A stretch of 64,000 nt of DNA from positions 56,794,001 through 56,858,000 of the forward strand of contig NC_058368.1 of the NCBI RefSeq assembly GCF_018350175.1. Reading direction: 5' to 3'. The DNA is from Felis catus. Taxonomy: Eukaryota. Positions 14,372 to 27,436 of this stretch are shown here, piece by piece. The notes beneath the pieces were generated by a model. The model searched no databases. It was given only the letters and a program-made list of their open reading frames with translations, and was not told the DNA's origin. Within the stretch, counting starts at the first letter, position 1, and each line of letters begins with the position of its first letter. A program made the position numbers and the translations under genes.

Positions 14372-15119
14372 TGTATATGCTGATTTTCTATGGCTGCTGT
14401 AAAAACAAAACCAAACCAAATAAAAGAAAGCACAAATTTAAATGGCTTAACAACGAAATTTGTTATCTTATAGTCATGGAGGTAAGATGTCCAAAAGGGT
14501 CATTCTTTTCCAAAATTAAGGTGTTTGTGGGGGCGCCTAGATAGATTAGTTGGTTAAGTGGCTGACTCTTGATTTTGGCTCAGGTCATGACTACACGTGA
14601 GATTGAGCCCCATATCAGGCTCTGTGCTGACAGCATGAAGCCTGATTGGGATTCTCTCTCTCCCTCTCTTTCTGCCCCTACCCCACTCATGTTCTCTCTC
14701 TCAAAAATAAATAAATATTTAAAAAACTTAAATTAAGGTGTTCGTAGAGCTCCATTCTTTTTGTATGTTTTAAGAGAGAATCTATTTCCTTGTCCTTCCA
14801 GCTTCTAGGGACCATACTTATTTTTTGACTTGTTATCCTCTTTCTCCATCTTCAAAACAAGCAAGTTGGGCCTGAAATCCTCCTAATATTTCCATCTCTC
14901 ATTCTTTTTCCAATTTCTTCTTCCACTTTAAAAGAACCTTGTGATTACGCTAGGTAAATGTATAATGTATAATCCAGGCTATTATCAGTATTTCAGCTGA
15001 TTTGCAATTTGCATTCCTTCTGCAACCTTAATTACCTTTTTTCGTGTAATCGGACATTTTCACATTTCTAAGGATTAGAATTTTTATATCTTTGGGCAGT
15101 CATTGTTCTGCTTACCACA
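14372..15119 (-). mobile_element. MaLR LTR (MLT1D-like), interrupted by a SINE
   Basis: tgta..ttttctatggctgctgtaa..aatggcttaacaac..gagagaatctatttccttg..ccagcttctagg..ttctgcttaccaca. Confidence 0.85.
14529..14729 (+). mobile_element. CanSINE inserted in the MaLR LTR
   Basis: TSD aaattaaggtgtt on both sides. Confidence 0.95.
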
Positions 15120-16310
15120 GTTCACCCTTTGGTCACCAAACTTCATGTCCTTCTCACGTAAAATATACATTTACCATATTCCAAGGCAGTGGTGGGATAG
15201 GCATAGGATAACAAAGACATTCCTGTTTGAAATGGGAGAAAATGAAAGGCAAATGGAATTACCAGTTCAAAACTATTTCAAAATCCAGTTAGGCAAATTC
15301 CATCTAGTTTCAAAGCCTGGAAATAATCTTCTTTGATTCTTAACTCTATCCTCTGAATCATTCTTCCTAGTTAATCAGCGGTACAATGTGCTTGCAGCTG
15401 AATAGTTTTATTTAGCCTGTTTCTTGCATGTAGAATTCAGGGAGTCCAACATCCTTCTTTTATTTTGTCCTCTTTTAGCTCCTTTTAATGAAATATAGCT
15501 GTGTTTTTCATACAATATTCTTAAGAGCCTTGTGATTCTCTCTAGTATGTTATGTTTCATGTATAACATAATGCTATATATGAATATGTGGATGTATGTG
15601 TTCATGCATGCATGTATGCACAAATGTGTACATGCTATTAGGCAAGAGTCTCCTCCAGAGGCCATTCCAAGATCCTTTCACCTATAATTTTGATTCACTA
15701 TGATGAATGATTGGCTGTATGAGTCACATACTTAATCTTGTCAATGACCAGCCCTACATTCATTTTTCCTTCTTCTTCTAGATAATAAGTCCCTTAATCT
15801 TAGCAACCATTGTAATAAAGCTAGGCTGAGACCCTCCAAATAACAGTCCTAGTTCCTTTTTGTTTACAAGTTCTTAAGATTATCCGTTCATCTCAAATTT
15901 TATTATAAAAAGCAAGAAGAACCAGCTCATATTTTCAACACATTGTTTGGGAATTTCTTCAACTAAATACTCAGGTTCAACACTTACAGGTTCTGCTTTC
16001 CCCATAACTAAAGGCACAGTTCTGCCAACCTTTCTGCCACCATGAGGATCCTTTTCCCCTCAGTTTTCAATAATATGTCTCTCATTTCCTTCTGTGTTTT
16101 TCACAATAACACCTTTAACCTCCACAGTTCACTAACAATCTGTTCATAGTTATATAGATATTTGACAAGGTGATTTAGACTTTATTTACCATGCTTCAAA
16201 ATTCCTGAGTACTCAGTAGCAGAGACATTAAGATTGCTATTTCTACAAACAATCTCTTATAGACAATTTAAGTTCTTGTTATTATTCTCTTCACAATTCT
16301 ACCAGCCTCT
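15120..16310 (-). mobile_element. MaLR internal region (MLT1-int)
   Basis: Directly follows the LTR with gttcaccctttgg..catgtccttctcac..ataggcataggataac..cattcctgtttgaaatgggagaaaat, characteristic of MLT-int. Confidence 0.75.
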
Positions 16311-16312
16311 GT

Positions 16313-17840
16313 TTATCTCAATAGATGCAGAAAAAGCATTTGAGAATTTCAACATTTTTTTCATGATAAAAACTCTCAAAAACTGACTATAGCTAGAAGT
16401 AAGCTCACCATAATAAAGACCCTATATGACAAGGTCACACCTAACAACATACTCAGGTGTAAAAAGCTAGAAGCTTTTCCTGTAAGATCAGGAAGAAGAC
16501 AATGCTGTCCCTTTTCACCACTTTTATTGAACATGTTATTGGAAGTTCTAGCCAGAGAAATTAGGCAAGAAAAAAAATGCACATACCAGAAAGGAAGAAA
16601 TAAAATTGTCTCCATTTGCAGATGACGTATTATATATAGAAAACACTAAAGACTCCACTAAATAAAAATACAAATATTAAAACCAAGACATGAGTTCAGT
16701 AAAGTTTTAGGATACAAAATCAATATACAAAAATCAGTTGCATTTCCATGCACTAACAAAGAAAAGTGGCTTAGTTGGTTAGGCCTCCGACTTTGTTTTG
16801 GCTCAGGTCATGATCTCATGGTTCTTTGATTCGAGCCCCTCCCCTGCTCACTCTCTATTGCTCTGTCTCTCAAAATAAATGAATAAACATTAAAAAAATA
16901 CTTAGGAATAAATTTGATCAATGAGGTGAAAGATCTGTATACTGAAAACTATGATACTTTGATGAAAGAACTTGAAGAAGATACAAATAAGTGGAAGGAT
17001 ATTCCATGCTTATAGATTGGAAAATTAATATTGTTAAAATAACCATATTACCCAAAGCCATCTACAGATTTAATGGAATCCCTATCAAAATTCCATTGGC
17101 ATTTTTCACAGAAGAAAAATAATACTAAAATTTGTATGGAGCCACACATGACCCCAAAAAGCCAAAAATATCTTCAGAAAGAAGAAACAAGCTAGAGACA
17201 ATAAAAGTTCTGATTTCAAGCTATATTACCAAGCTATAGTAATCAAAACAGTATAGTATAAAAACAGACACATAAATCAATGAAACAGACTAGAGACCCC
17301 CAAAATAAGCCCACTCCTATATGGTCAATTAATTTTTGACAAAAGAGCCAAGAATATAAAGTGGAGAAATGATAGTCTCTTTATTAAATGTTAGGGAAAC
17401 TGGATAACTACATATAAATGAATGAAACTGGATTCTTGTCTTATACCACATACAAAAATCAACTCAAAATAGATCAAAGACTTGAAGTTAGAAACCATAA
17501 AACTCCTGACAGAAAACATCAGGAGTTTAAACATAAACTACTTGATATTATTAGTGTTGGCAGTGATTTTTTTTTAGGTTTGAGACCAAAAGCAAAGGCA
17601 ACAAACAAAAGCAAAAAAACTAACAAGTGGGAACCCTTGTGCACTATTGGTATGAATCTTAATCAGTGCAGCCACAATGGAAAACAGTATATGGGAACCT
17701 CACTCTGGGTATATATCCAAGGGAAATGACAAATGGGATCTTGAAGACATAGCTGCTTATTTATGTTCTTTGAAGCATTGTTGACAATAGCCGAGGTTTA
17801 GAAACAACCTAAATATTCATCAATGGATTATTTGAAAAAG
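16313..17840 (+). mobile_element. L1 ORF2 (RT to C-terminus) remnant with internal deletions
   Basis: atctcaatagatgcagaaaaagcattt (ISIDAEKAF), tttgcagatgac (FADD), aaaatcaatatacaaaaatcagttgcattt; many stops. Confidence 0.93.
16766..16898 (+). mobile_element. CanSINE, truncated or internally deleted, inside L1
   Basis: gtggcttagttggttagg..ggctcaggtcatgatctcatgg..tail. Confidence 0.85.
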
Positions 17841-17850
17841 ATTATTTGAA

Positions 17851-18040
17851 ATACACACACACACACACATATATATGTGTGTGTATATATATATATATAT
17901 ATGTGTGTGTATTTATATATATATATATATATATAAATTTATATATATAAATATAAATACACACACATATATATACATATTTATATATATATATATAAAT
18001 ACACACACATATATACATTATATACATTATACATATAAAA
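17851..18040. repeat. (CA)n/(TA)n low-complexity tract
   Basis: Direct read. Confidence 0.93.
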
Positions 18041-18679
18041 CTTATATTCTACTAGAATTTCTCAGGTTTAAATGTACAATTATTAGGTAGGAAATATTTT
18101 CCAAAATGAGCAGGGAATTTGTAAATTCACTGTTGCCGTTTGTATTTATCAGGAAAAGATTTTACATTCTTAAATGATTTTTCACCAAAATTAGATTAAA
18201 AATTACTGTACAACAAGAGACACCAAATACTGAGTTAGGTTTATATTGCTAAGAATGGCAGATCTAGAAACCCCAAGAATGGCAGATTTAGAAACCAGCT
18301 AGAAAGGAACAATAGACTTCTCTGAAACTCCTTATTAAAGAATTTATCCTCATCTGGAGTGCTATTTTTGTGGAGGATAATTATTTCTAATTTTTCAATG
18401 ATAGTAATAGGTGAGCAATTATCCTAAGAGGATGCCTTTTCTTATTTAGATTTTTTTTTTTAAACTGGGCAGCCCAATAAAAGTATCTGTCTTTTCTACA
18501 ACTGTACTCTGAGATACCTTTCCAAATCCAGAGTGCTTTTTGAGAGAATACTCTTCAATTGTTTTTTATTCCTGAGTGACTGCCCTAAGACAGTCAATCT
18601 ATGAGGAAAGTTAGGCAATGCTTTTCTTAAACGGGGGCAGTATTGATGCATGACAAACTACCCCAAATCTTAAAAATAT

Positions 18680-18975
18680 AGACATATTGCAAAAAATTGG
18701 CTTGCAAGATTGTGATGGCTGACAGGGAAAGTCCAAAATCTAAAGGATGGATGGTCAGAGGGTACAGGCTAAAACTCTAGAGTACAAGATGAAACAGCTG
18801 TTCATAGGTGGAATTTCCCTCTTCAAGTAAGCCTCTGATTGGCTTTTAGACCTTTTTGAATCAGACCATACAAATTATCTAGGATAATCTCTCTTACTTA
18901 AAGTCAACTAATTATGGAATTTAATTACATCTACAAAATACCTTCTCAGCAGCGCCTAGTGTTTGGGTAATTAGG
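18680..18975 (-). mobile_element. ERVL LTR (MLT2-like)
   Basis: aattggcttgcaagattgtgatggctg..aagtccaaaatct..ggataatctctcttacttaaagtcaact..tacatctacaaaataccttc. Confidence 0.8.
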
Positions 18976-20723
18976 GACACACCAAAATGGCAATCACACT
19001 GGGCAAGTACATTTTCTGGTTTCTGTCTTGGGTATCCAGGGCTCATCAGAGAAGAAGATTCTCAAGCACAGGAAGTACGTAAAAAATGTGCTGGGTGGCC
19101 AAAAGACATGACATAAGGCCACTACACAAATTCACAATTCATATGATTTTCCTCCAGGTTTCTTTTGAAGCTGTCAATGACACATTCCGCCCTTGCTGGT
19201 GATACCATTCACTCACTACCCACTGGGATTCCACCCCATCCTGAAGACCCTGCAGGTCACCTGTAGACTCCTGCTGATCTATTCCATTCACCTTCCTCAC
19301 ACCCCTTTTCACAGCTCTTCAGGAAATGGGGGTTGGGGGGGATTTCATTTCCAGATGGACTATTTTATACCAATTTTTACACCATATTTCTTTTAGTTTT
19401 TACTATGCTTTCATTTTGTTACTTTTTAGTCTTAATCTCATTCTCTTCTACCTACCAGTATATATTCAAAAATGCTATCTCCCTATAAAAATTTATTTCC
19501 TAGGATGGCATATTTCTTTTCCTTTCCTTTTTTTTTTTTAGCTGCCCTTTGCCACACATCAGGAGTTCCAAATTCCATTTTTATCGTGGACTGTAAAGTG
19601 TCCATGTGGTGTTGAATTTTATAACTTTAGAATCAGTAGAGTCAAATATCATACAAATGACCTCTGCAAATCATGATGGAAATGGTCACAGTAGATGACA
19701 CAGTAATAGCTAGGATCCTGCCAACTAAAATTAGGTTTAATTTGAGAAGAAACAAGTGTGAGTCAAAGCAGAACAAAAAATATTTGATCTGATCTTATCT
19801 TACTCTTCAAGCCAAGCATGTTCATCGTTGAAAAAGTGCTTAGGATCTGTGCAACACTTCTTAAAGTAATTACATCTTTCTTCAAAGACAAAATACTATT
19901 ATTTGCAAACATTGTCAAAATATATCTGTATTAGATACCCTCGTAAATTTCTTTATAGTGCATAAATGAATCTACATTGAATTTTTTTCTTGTGAAGCAG
20001 CTTATGTATGTTCATCTTTGTTATTCACAAGGTCAAAGGTAATATGGTTACCTTTATGCTTTTTTGAAACTAAGGTATGTATAATTTTTATTATCTATTC
20101 CAATGGTGAACTTTGGAGAAATATATTAAAAAATAACTATTCTCTGGAAAAGAAGAATGTAAAATGAATAAAAAATATTTAGATGAACTGCTTATACTAT
20201 TGAATCTTATTAGAATCTACTAGTGAATCTTAAATTCTATTTTATGAAGCTTGAGCTTCCTAATTTTAGAGAGAAGAAATAATATTCAGGGAATGTAAAG
20301 TATCTTCTCCAATTCCCTGAGAAGAATTCCAGTTCTGGTGGGAGCATGCAGGTAATCATACAGAATATTAAGAAGAACCATAGCCACAGTTAAAAAAGGA
20401 AACTAGGATCAGGAAAAAAAATCCACAGGCAACAAATTTGTTCAAATGTTGCCAAAAGCAGAGGTCCACAGCAAGTCAGGGGGTAGTTCCATGGGAATGT
20501 GCCAGGAAGTGAGCAAAGATCTATATCAGAAATGTAGAAATTGGAAACTCAGAAATTGCTAGAGATAATACCTAACCCAATGAGATGTAAAATATTAAAT
20601 CACATATGATATTGGACTCCATTAATAGAGATTAATGCAATTATTAAGATGAGACTACACAGTGACTGGTGGGGAATTCCAGAGCCTGAGCTCAATTTAA
20701 ATCTTATCTGGCATAATTGGTTT

Positions 20724-20963
20724 CTTTTTATTTTTTTCTTTTTTTTTATTAGACTTTTTTTTAACATTTATTTATTTTTGAGAGACAGAGAGAGAGCATG
20801 AGATGGGGAGAGGCAGAGAGAGAGGAACACACAGAATCCAAAGCATGTTCCAGGCTCTGAGCTGTCAGCATGGAGCCCAACGCGGGGCTCAAGCCCACAA
20901 ACCGTGAGATCATGACCTGAGCTGAAGTCAGATGCTTAACTGACTGAGCCACCCAGGCACCCC
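20724..20963 (-). mobile_element. CanSINE
   Basis: TSD ggcataattggtttct / ggtatatttggtttct. Confidence 0.95.
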
Positions 20964-21269
20964 TGGTATATTTGGTTTCTGAAGTCATGTGATGGCATCT
21001 CTCTAGTTTGGTTTAAATATCAATGTAGAAAGTTCCAGATTATTTATTATTCCAGAAATATTTCCAGTTAGTTGATATCCGTTCTGTATATCCAAGCTGA
21101 CCCAAAACTAGGAGAATACTGGAATTATGGCTACTCAATTATCCACTTCCCAATTTGAGGTGGGAATGATACCAGTTGCCCCATGGTTCTGTCTGTCTGC
21201 AGTATTATCTTCCAGCTTACCTGAGAGGAGATGAAATGTTAGTTTACCCCCACTTAAGGGTAGAGTGGT

Positions 21270-21478
21270 TTTTTTATTAAGTTCCTTTATTTATTTGGAG
21301 ACAGAGTATGTGCATAATCAGGACAGGAGGCAGAGAGATAGGGAGAGAGAGAATTCCAAGCAGGCTCCATGCTGTCAGAAGAGAACCTGACACAGAGCTC
21401 AATCTCATGAACTGTGAGATCATGACCTGCCGAAATCAAAAGTCACATCCTTAACTGACTGAGCCACCCAGGTGCCCC
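21270..21478 (-). mobile_element. CanSINE
   Basis: Antisense SINE ending gagccacccaggtgcccc. Confidence 0.93.
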
Positions 21479-21494
21479 TGTTAAAACCTATTCT

Positions 21495-21675
21495 TGGGTG
21501 CTTGGGTGGCTCCACTAATCTCACAGTTCCTGAGATCAAGCTCCAATTTGGGCTCTGTCCTGACAGCATGGAGTCTGCTTGGGATTCTCTCTCTCTGGAT
21601 CTCTGTCCTCCCCAGCTTGTGTGCCCACTCTGTCACTCTCTCTCAAAATAAATAAGTAAACTTAAAAAAAAAAAA
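21495..21675 (+). mobile_element. CanSINE, internally deleted
   Basis: gggtgcttgggtggctc head, ctgacagcatggagtctgcttgggattctct, A tail. Confidence 0.9.
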
Positions 21676-22479
21676 GAATAAGTTTTAACAGAGAACAGGA
21701 GCTAATTTCTCATTGAATACAATTTGCATTACCAGAGCTTATTTTTTAATCAGAGCAAATTATTATAAGATTTCACCACATTGACTTCCAGAAAGAGAGG
21801 GTCCCAGCAGAAGATAAGCATTGGAATTAGAACCAATATTGAATATAGTAGAATTTCTAAAGAAGCAGAGAGGGGAGACTTAAAAATTGTGGTGAGGATT
21901 ATTTCCCTGAGATAGCAGTTTCAGCAAATAGAACTTCTATAACTGAAGGCATATCTTGTAAAGCAAAAACTGTGAGATGTAGGAAAGCCAGGACTATTAG
22001 TACAAGATTTTTTTAAGAGATCCCTGAGAGCCAGAGATGCTGTATTTTTAAGTTCTTTGCAGAAACAAAAAGGAAATCTTTTAACTCAGGAAGCTTGGAA
22101 AGCCACTCTGAATCAATCCTATTATTGCTGTCCAGGAATCTACAATAATAGTCAATGAAAACTCATTGGCTACAAATGTGACCAGCAAAATAAGAACAAA
22201 TCTCACCTCTAAATATGAATGTATTAAGGAAAAAGATGAAAAAGTTTAACTTTTGTCACATCATTGGTGAAAATTATAATTAAATATTGCAACATCAACT
22301 AAAATATATGTAATAAAGTATTTGATGTTTTAAAGAAAGAAGATAAGAACAGCAGAAAGTCCAGAAATATAGGAACACAGAGAAGAGATGGTCTGTGAGA
22401 CTAGTGTGTCAATTGGAACTATCAAAAACCTGAGAAAGCTATGAAAGAAAAAGAATTAGTTATATCGTAAGTGAAGGAA

Positions 22480-23650
22480 AAAAGTACACCAAAAATACAT
22501 TGATGCAAACTATAACTGGATCAAAATTTTAATGTCAAAATGATGTTCTAGACGTACTAGAAGAAAACATGAATAAATTTCTCTATAACCTTGGAGTAGG
22601 AAGGTCTTCCCAGCTGTGACTTACCATCCAGAAACCATAAAAGAACAGTTTAATAAATCAAAAACATTTACAAAATATTCTAAACAAAAGCAAGACACAA
22701 ATGGACAGTAATGGTACATGTGCAATATGAGAGGATTACCCTGCCAGCAGGTGAATGGAGAAAGGGAACAGGTGGGGCACTCAGTGTTACTGCCTCCATC
22801 CCCAGAGAGGGAGGAGCAGCACAGGCTTGAGTGGTTCTCTGGAGGGGAGGCAGAAAATGGCATATGGCCTAAGAACTGCTGACAGAAAGGTGGGAACCTT
22901 GACTTTCATCATGGGCTTGGAGGAAGCTCATGGCAAAGGGCACCAGCAAGATATGTTTCATCATTGCTCACAATCCCAGAGGCAAAATGTTAGTAGATAA
23001 GTTCAATACTGTATCTACATAAAAAAAGTGAATACTTTCAGTCCTGTGAGCTATGTTTCAGGTCCAACACAGATTCAAATTCTATAACAAGGAATTTCCA
23101 AATTCATATCTTACAGAAGATAACTAATGTTTAAAGGGATTCTACACAACAGAATGGAAAAAAGCCAACAGCTCTGTAAAAGGGGGCTATAGATATACAT
23201 AAAGAGTTCGGAGAAAAATACATGTAAGTGGCTCTTAACCATAGGAAAAGATGTTCAATCTGGCTTCTGAAAATCAGAAATCAAAAATTTTTAAAAATAA
23301 TTTTTTTAATCAGAAAATTAAAAAAATTGGGCTACTATTTTTTTTTACTTGTTAGATATAAAAATCTAAACATGTACAGTATGTCCTTGAAAGGGGCATA
23401 AGAAAATCATTTCTTTCATTCACTACTAATAAAGATGCAAAATACTACCATAGTGGAGGAAAATCTTGCAAATCTACCATCTGACCTAGCAACTCCACTT
23501 CTAAGAAGCTATACCAAACACGTCGTGCAAAATGAGGGCACGAGGCTATTTACAGCAGCAATACCTATGATAGCAATGGATGTGAAAGAATTCAGTTTTC
23601 CATCAATGGGGGTCTGATGGGTTAAATTATAGTACATCCACAAAATGGAG
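22480..23650 (+). mobile_element. Old L1 (L1MC/ME-like) 3' region, interrupted
   Basis: gtactagaagaaaacatg..taaccttggagtagg; gaaaagatgttcaatc; tgacctagcaactccacttctaagaa; ccatcaatgggg..ttaaattatagtacatcca. Confidence 0.75.
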
Positions 23651-23680
23651 TGACCTTTTATTGTCCAGGAAGTCAAATTA

Positions 23681-23858
23681 AGGGCACCTTGGTGGCTCAG
23701 TTGGTTAAGCATCCGACTCTTGATTTTGGCTCAGGTCAGGATCTCACAGTTCATGAGATCAAGCCCCATGACCAGCTCTGCTCGGGGTGTAGAACCTGCT
23801 TCTCTCTCCTGCCCATCTCCCACATTTGTGAGCATGCTGTCTCTCTCTAGAAAAAAGA
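23681..23858 (+). mobile_element. CanSINE, diverged
   Basis: gggcaccttggtggctcagttggttaagcatccgact head; TSD gaagtcaaatt / gaagtcaagtt. Confidence 0.9.
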
Positions 23859-24576
23859 AGTCAAGTTCACAAAGATGAATTGAGGCAGGGATTGAGGAGC
23901 TGTGACATCCATGATGATTGTTTATGAATGAGAGAGAAAAATACCTGCCTAAGTATCCAATTTTTTTTCTTTTCCATGTATATATATATATGATCTTTAT
24001 ATATTTTTTCTTTATTTATACATTATAATTATAGACACTGACATCTTAAACTTTCCCAAACTGAAATAGGCACTAAATCCAGAGATTGATTTTATAAGTG
24101 AGTTTTGAAGGTTGCTTTTGTATTTCAGTAAAAAGGTGGATCCACAAATTAATAATATTTATATAATTTAGGAATTATACAACATAGCGTCGAGAATATT
24201 ATGAGTTGGGAAATTCCGTTTTTACAGACAGGTAAAGAAAAGGGCCTTTCTTTATTCTTCCCAGTCAGCCTGTGGAAGATGTCCAATTCAATCCTACACA
24301 TTAAACTCGTAGGCAATTACCTTTCCACTACGTACAAAAAGAGAATATCTGTTTTTTGACAAAATATTAACCATAAATAAATCTAAATCATTGTTCTAAG
24401 CATTTTATTCAAAGTAACTGCGTACAACTTCTGTTCATACAAAATAACAGAAAATTATTAGCAAAGATATATCTTGTTAAAAAAATCTCCATAGATCTTG
24501 TCATGGATAAAAATTCAGTCACTTGATATGTTTTATTTAAGTTAAAATGGCTTAATGTGTATGTCATAATACATCT

Positions 24577-25057
24577 GTGGTAGATTGTTATTCATAATTC
24601 ACACTCTTTTTCTTTGTAAGAGACCTGAAAGTATGCACCCCTTTTGGGGGTAGGTGATTTGCAATGCCTTCTGGAGGTACAGCATAATTCCCGGTTTTAC
24701 TAACTTTAGACAGACCACGTGACTAGTTTTGGCCAATGTGAAAAAACATGGTTATACAGCATCCACAGACAGTATTAAGTATGACACATTTATATCAGTT
24801 CTTACTCTTCCACTTCCTGAAGAATTTTCACGTACTATATAGGTGCTACTTCTTTTCCTGTGTTCTGGAATAAAGAGACATGCCAATCATACCCAAAATG
24901 GAACAAAACTGCAGTCTGAAACAATCTTAGCCTGAAGCCCAGCAACTGCCTGGAGCAAAGCTGCAGCCACCCCATAGCTATGTACTGTGGGAGTGATAAT
25001 TAAGATTCTTCACCATTATAGCAAAGCTTAGTAGTATTTTTGTAATTACTGATTACA
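24577..25057 (+). mobile_element. MaLR LTR (old MLT1)
   Basis: TG..CA ends (tgtggtagattg..ctgattaca); cacgtgactagttttggccaatg motif. Confidence 0.65.
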
Positions 25058-25344
25058 AAATAATTTTGTATTTTTTGTAATATAATTGTATTCCATTAAA
25101 GAGTCTCATTAACTATTCTTTAGTGTTTTTTTAAACGGTTTTGCTTGAGTCTTATTTTCTCATAATGATGAGCAGATACATATTTTATTGCATAATCTTG
25201 TCCATTTCTCTTAAATTTTGAATATATATTCCATACATTCAACAAGTATGTATTGGTTAATTTCTGATATGTTATCACTGCATTTTCTGCTTAAAGTTTT
25301 CCACTCTTTTCCAATTGTTTAATTTGGAAAATAAAATAATGATT

Positions 25345-25558
25345 TTTCTTTAAATTTATTTATTTTGTTTTAGAAAGGGGGGGGGGCGAGCAGGGGAGAG
25401 GGGCAGAGACAGAGGGAGGGGGAGAGAGAGAGAATCTTAAGCAGGCTTCACACTCAGTGTGGAGCCTGACATGGGGTTCGATCCCATGATCCTGGGGTCA
25501 TGACCTGAACTGAAATCAAGAGTCCGACGCTCAACCAGCTGAGCCACCCAGGCACCCC
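25345..25558 (-). mobile_element. CanSINE
   Basis: TSD aaataaaataatgat / aaataaaatagtgat. Confidence 0.95.
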
Positions 25559-25712
25559 AAATAAAATAGTGATCTTGCGAAAAGTTTGTATACTGGAAAA
25601 AATAAGTTGGTTGTATTAAAAAATGAATACAATTTCAACTACCCAATGAATTCAATTAAATAACATCTAACCACCATGCAAGTCTTGTGTTGACAAAATG
25701 TATTAACATTTC

Positions 25713-25937
25713 TTTTTTTTTTTTAATGATTATTTTTGAGAGAGGGAGAGACAGAGCACGAGTGGTGAAGGAGCAGAGAGAGGGGGACACAGACTCTGAA
25801 GCAGGCTCCAGGCTCTGTGCTGCTGACTCAGAACCTACTCAGGGCTTGAACCCACTAGGGGCTTGAACCCACTAACCCTGAGATCAAGACCTGAGCACAA
25901 GTCAGACACTTAACCAAATGAGCCACCCAGGTACCCC
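25713..25937 (-). mobile_element. CanSINE with internal tandem duplication
   Basis: Perfect TSD aatgtattaacatttct; gggcttgaacccacta occurs twice. Confidence 0.95.
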
Positions 25938-27139
25938 AATGTATTAACATTTCTAAAGAGACATTGAGTCAATTAGAAAAGAGTGTTGGTTTGATGTGGA
26001 TTTATGCAAGAATAGAATCCTGAAAGTGAATATGCTTGCAAACTCTGCCCAAGGGAAAGAACACTGTAGCTGATGGATGCTTTGTATTTCATTCAGTAGT
26101 TCAGTCCATGTTTGTTGTGAATTGATCACATTATGCCATTTTAGTTCACAACTATTAAGCACTTAATTGATCAAGCTTATTTGCCAATGGCTCTGATTGT
26201 CATGCACACAAAGACATATTTACAAAAGAGTTGGAATCCTGTGGAGGGCTACCTAGAGGAAGAGAATTCACTGTATCTGCAGACAAATATCTTCTGGTCC
26301 CTGTGTCAGTTACTGACTTTTTTGTTTTTTAAAAAAATAAAATTGAGTTTGGTCAATGTGATTTTTTTTTCTCTTAGACTTAGAATGATTGATTCTCAGT
26401 GGTTAATTCTGAACCCAGTAAATTCAGTAATGCAGTTATTCCAGATGTTGTTTAAGGAGCATGGGATAGGTGTGTGAAAAAAAATACAAAAATCTCTGCC
26501 CTTTTGGAACTTAAACATTCACTAAGTTAATGCCATACTCTGATTTTACTTGAAGGTAGCCCTTTGGCCTTCTCTTTTTGCCTTATCTCTTCAATTTCCA
26601 TCTGCCACAATTCCCATATGTTTTGTCAATTGAAAGAGGCATTTAATCATCCAACTCATAGATGTGCTGGGAAGCCTTCTGGAAAGAATCAATGGATGTG
26701 CATTAGCCTATAATCCTAAATTTTGTCCATTAGTAGCCATACTTTTTTCCTTCCTCGATGGTCTTGAATTCAGGTGGTAGCCAGTCATTTAAAGATTATC
26801 TTAAAACTGTGTTCTGTACATCAACAAGTTAATTTTCTACATTATTTACTTCCAGATTTAGTTCTTCCTAATTGAACTCAACATAAGAAAAGGATAGTAT
26901 AGGTGTCCACGTAACTTGATAATCCATTTTAGTTGGGTTTCTCTTTAATTCTCTCTGGGAGTTTGAAAAACACCCAACATTAAAATAGTCATCACTCTAC
27001 AAATATTTATTGAGCATCCATTATATGAATATGCTATGTATATACCATCATATATTGAAATTATGCAGAAGCCATTGAAGACATTGATGACAAAAAATTC
27101 AGTTGAGAAACAAAATGGTCTGTACTACAATGAAGCTAG

Positions 27140-27340
27140 AAAGAAAAGGGTTTTGAAATTAGATGGACCTATCTGGAATGATTCTGACATTTAAATATCT
27201 TTGCAAATTTGCAAGGCATATCAGCTTTCCACATTTTGATTTCCTTATTCAAAGAATGAGATGAAATTACCTATTATAGTGAGAATTAGGATTTTAAAAT
27301 GTATCTAAAATCTTGGTAGAAAATAGCAGTTTAAAGTTTT
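27140..27340 (+). mobile_element. MIR remnant
   Basis: ggttttgaaattagatggacct..tttccttattcaaagaatgagatgaaattacct resembles the MIR core. Confidence 0.55.
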
Positions 27341-27396
27341 AAAATGCTCTTACTACTGGAATAAAATACCCTCTACTTTACTATAGATTTACAAAA

Positions 27397-27399
<3 letters not shown>

Positions 27400-27436
<37 letters not shown>

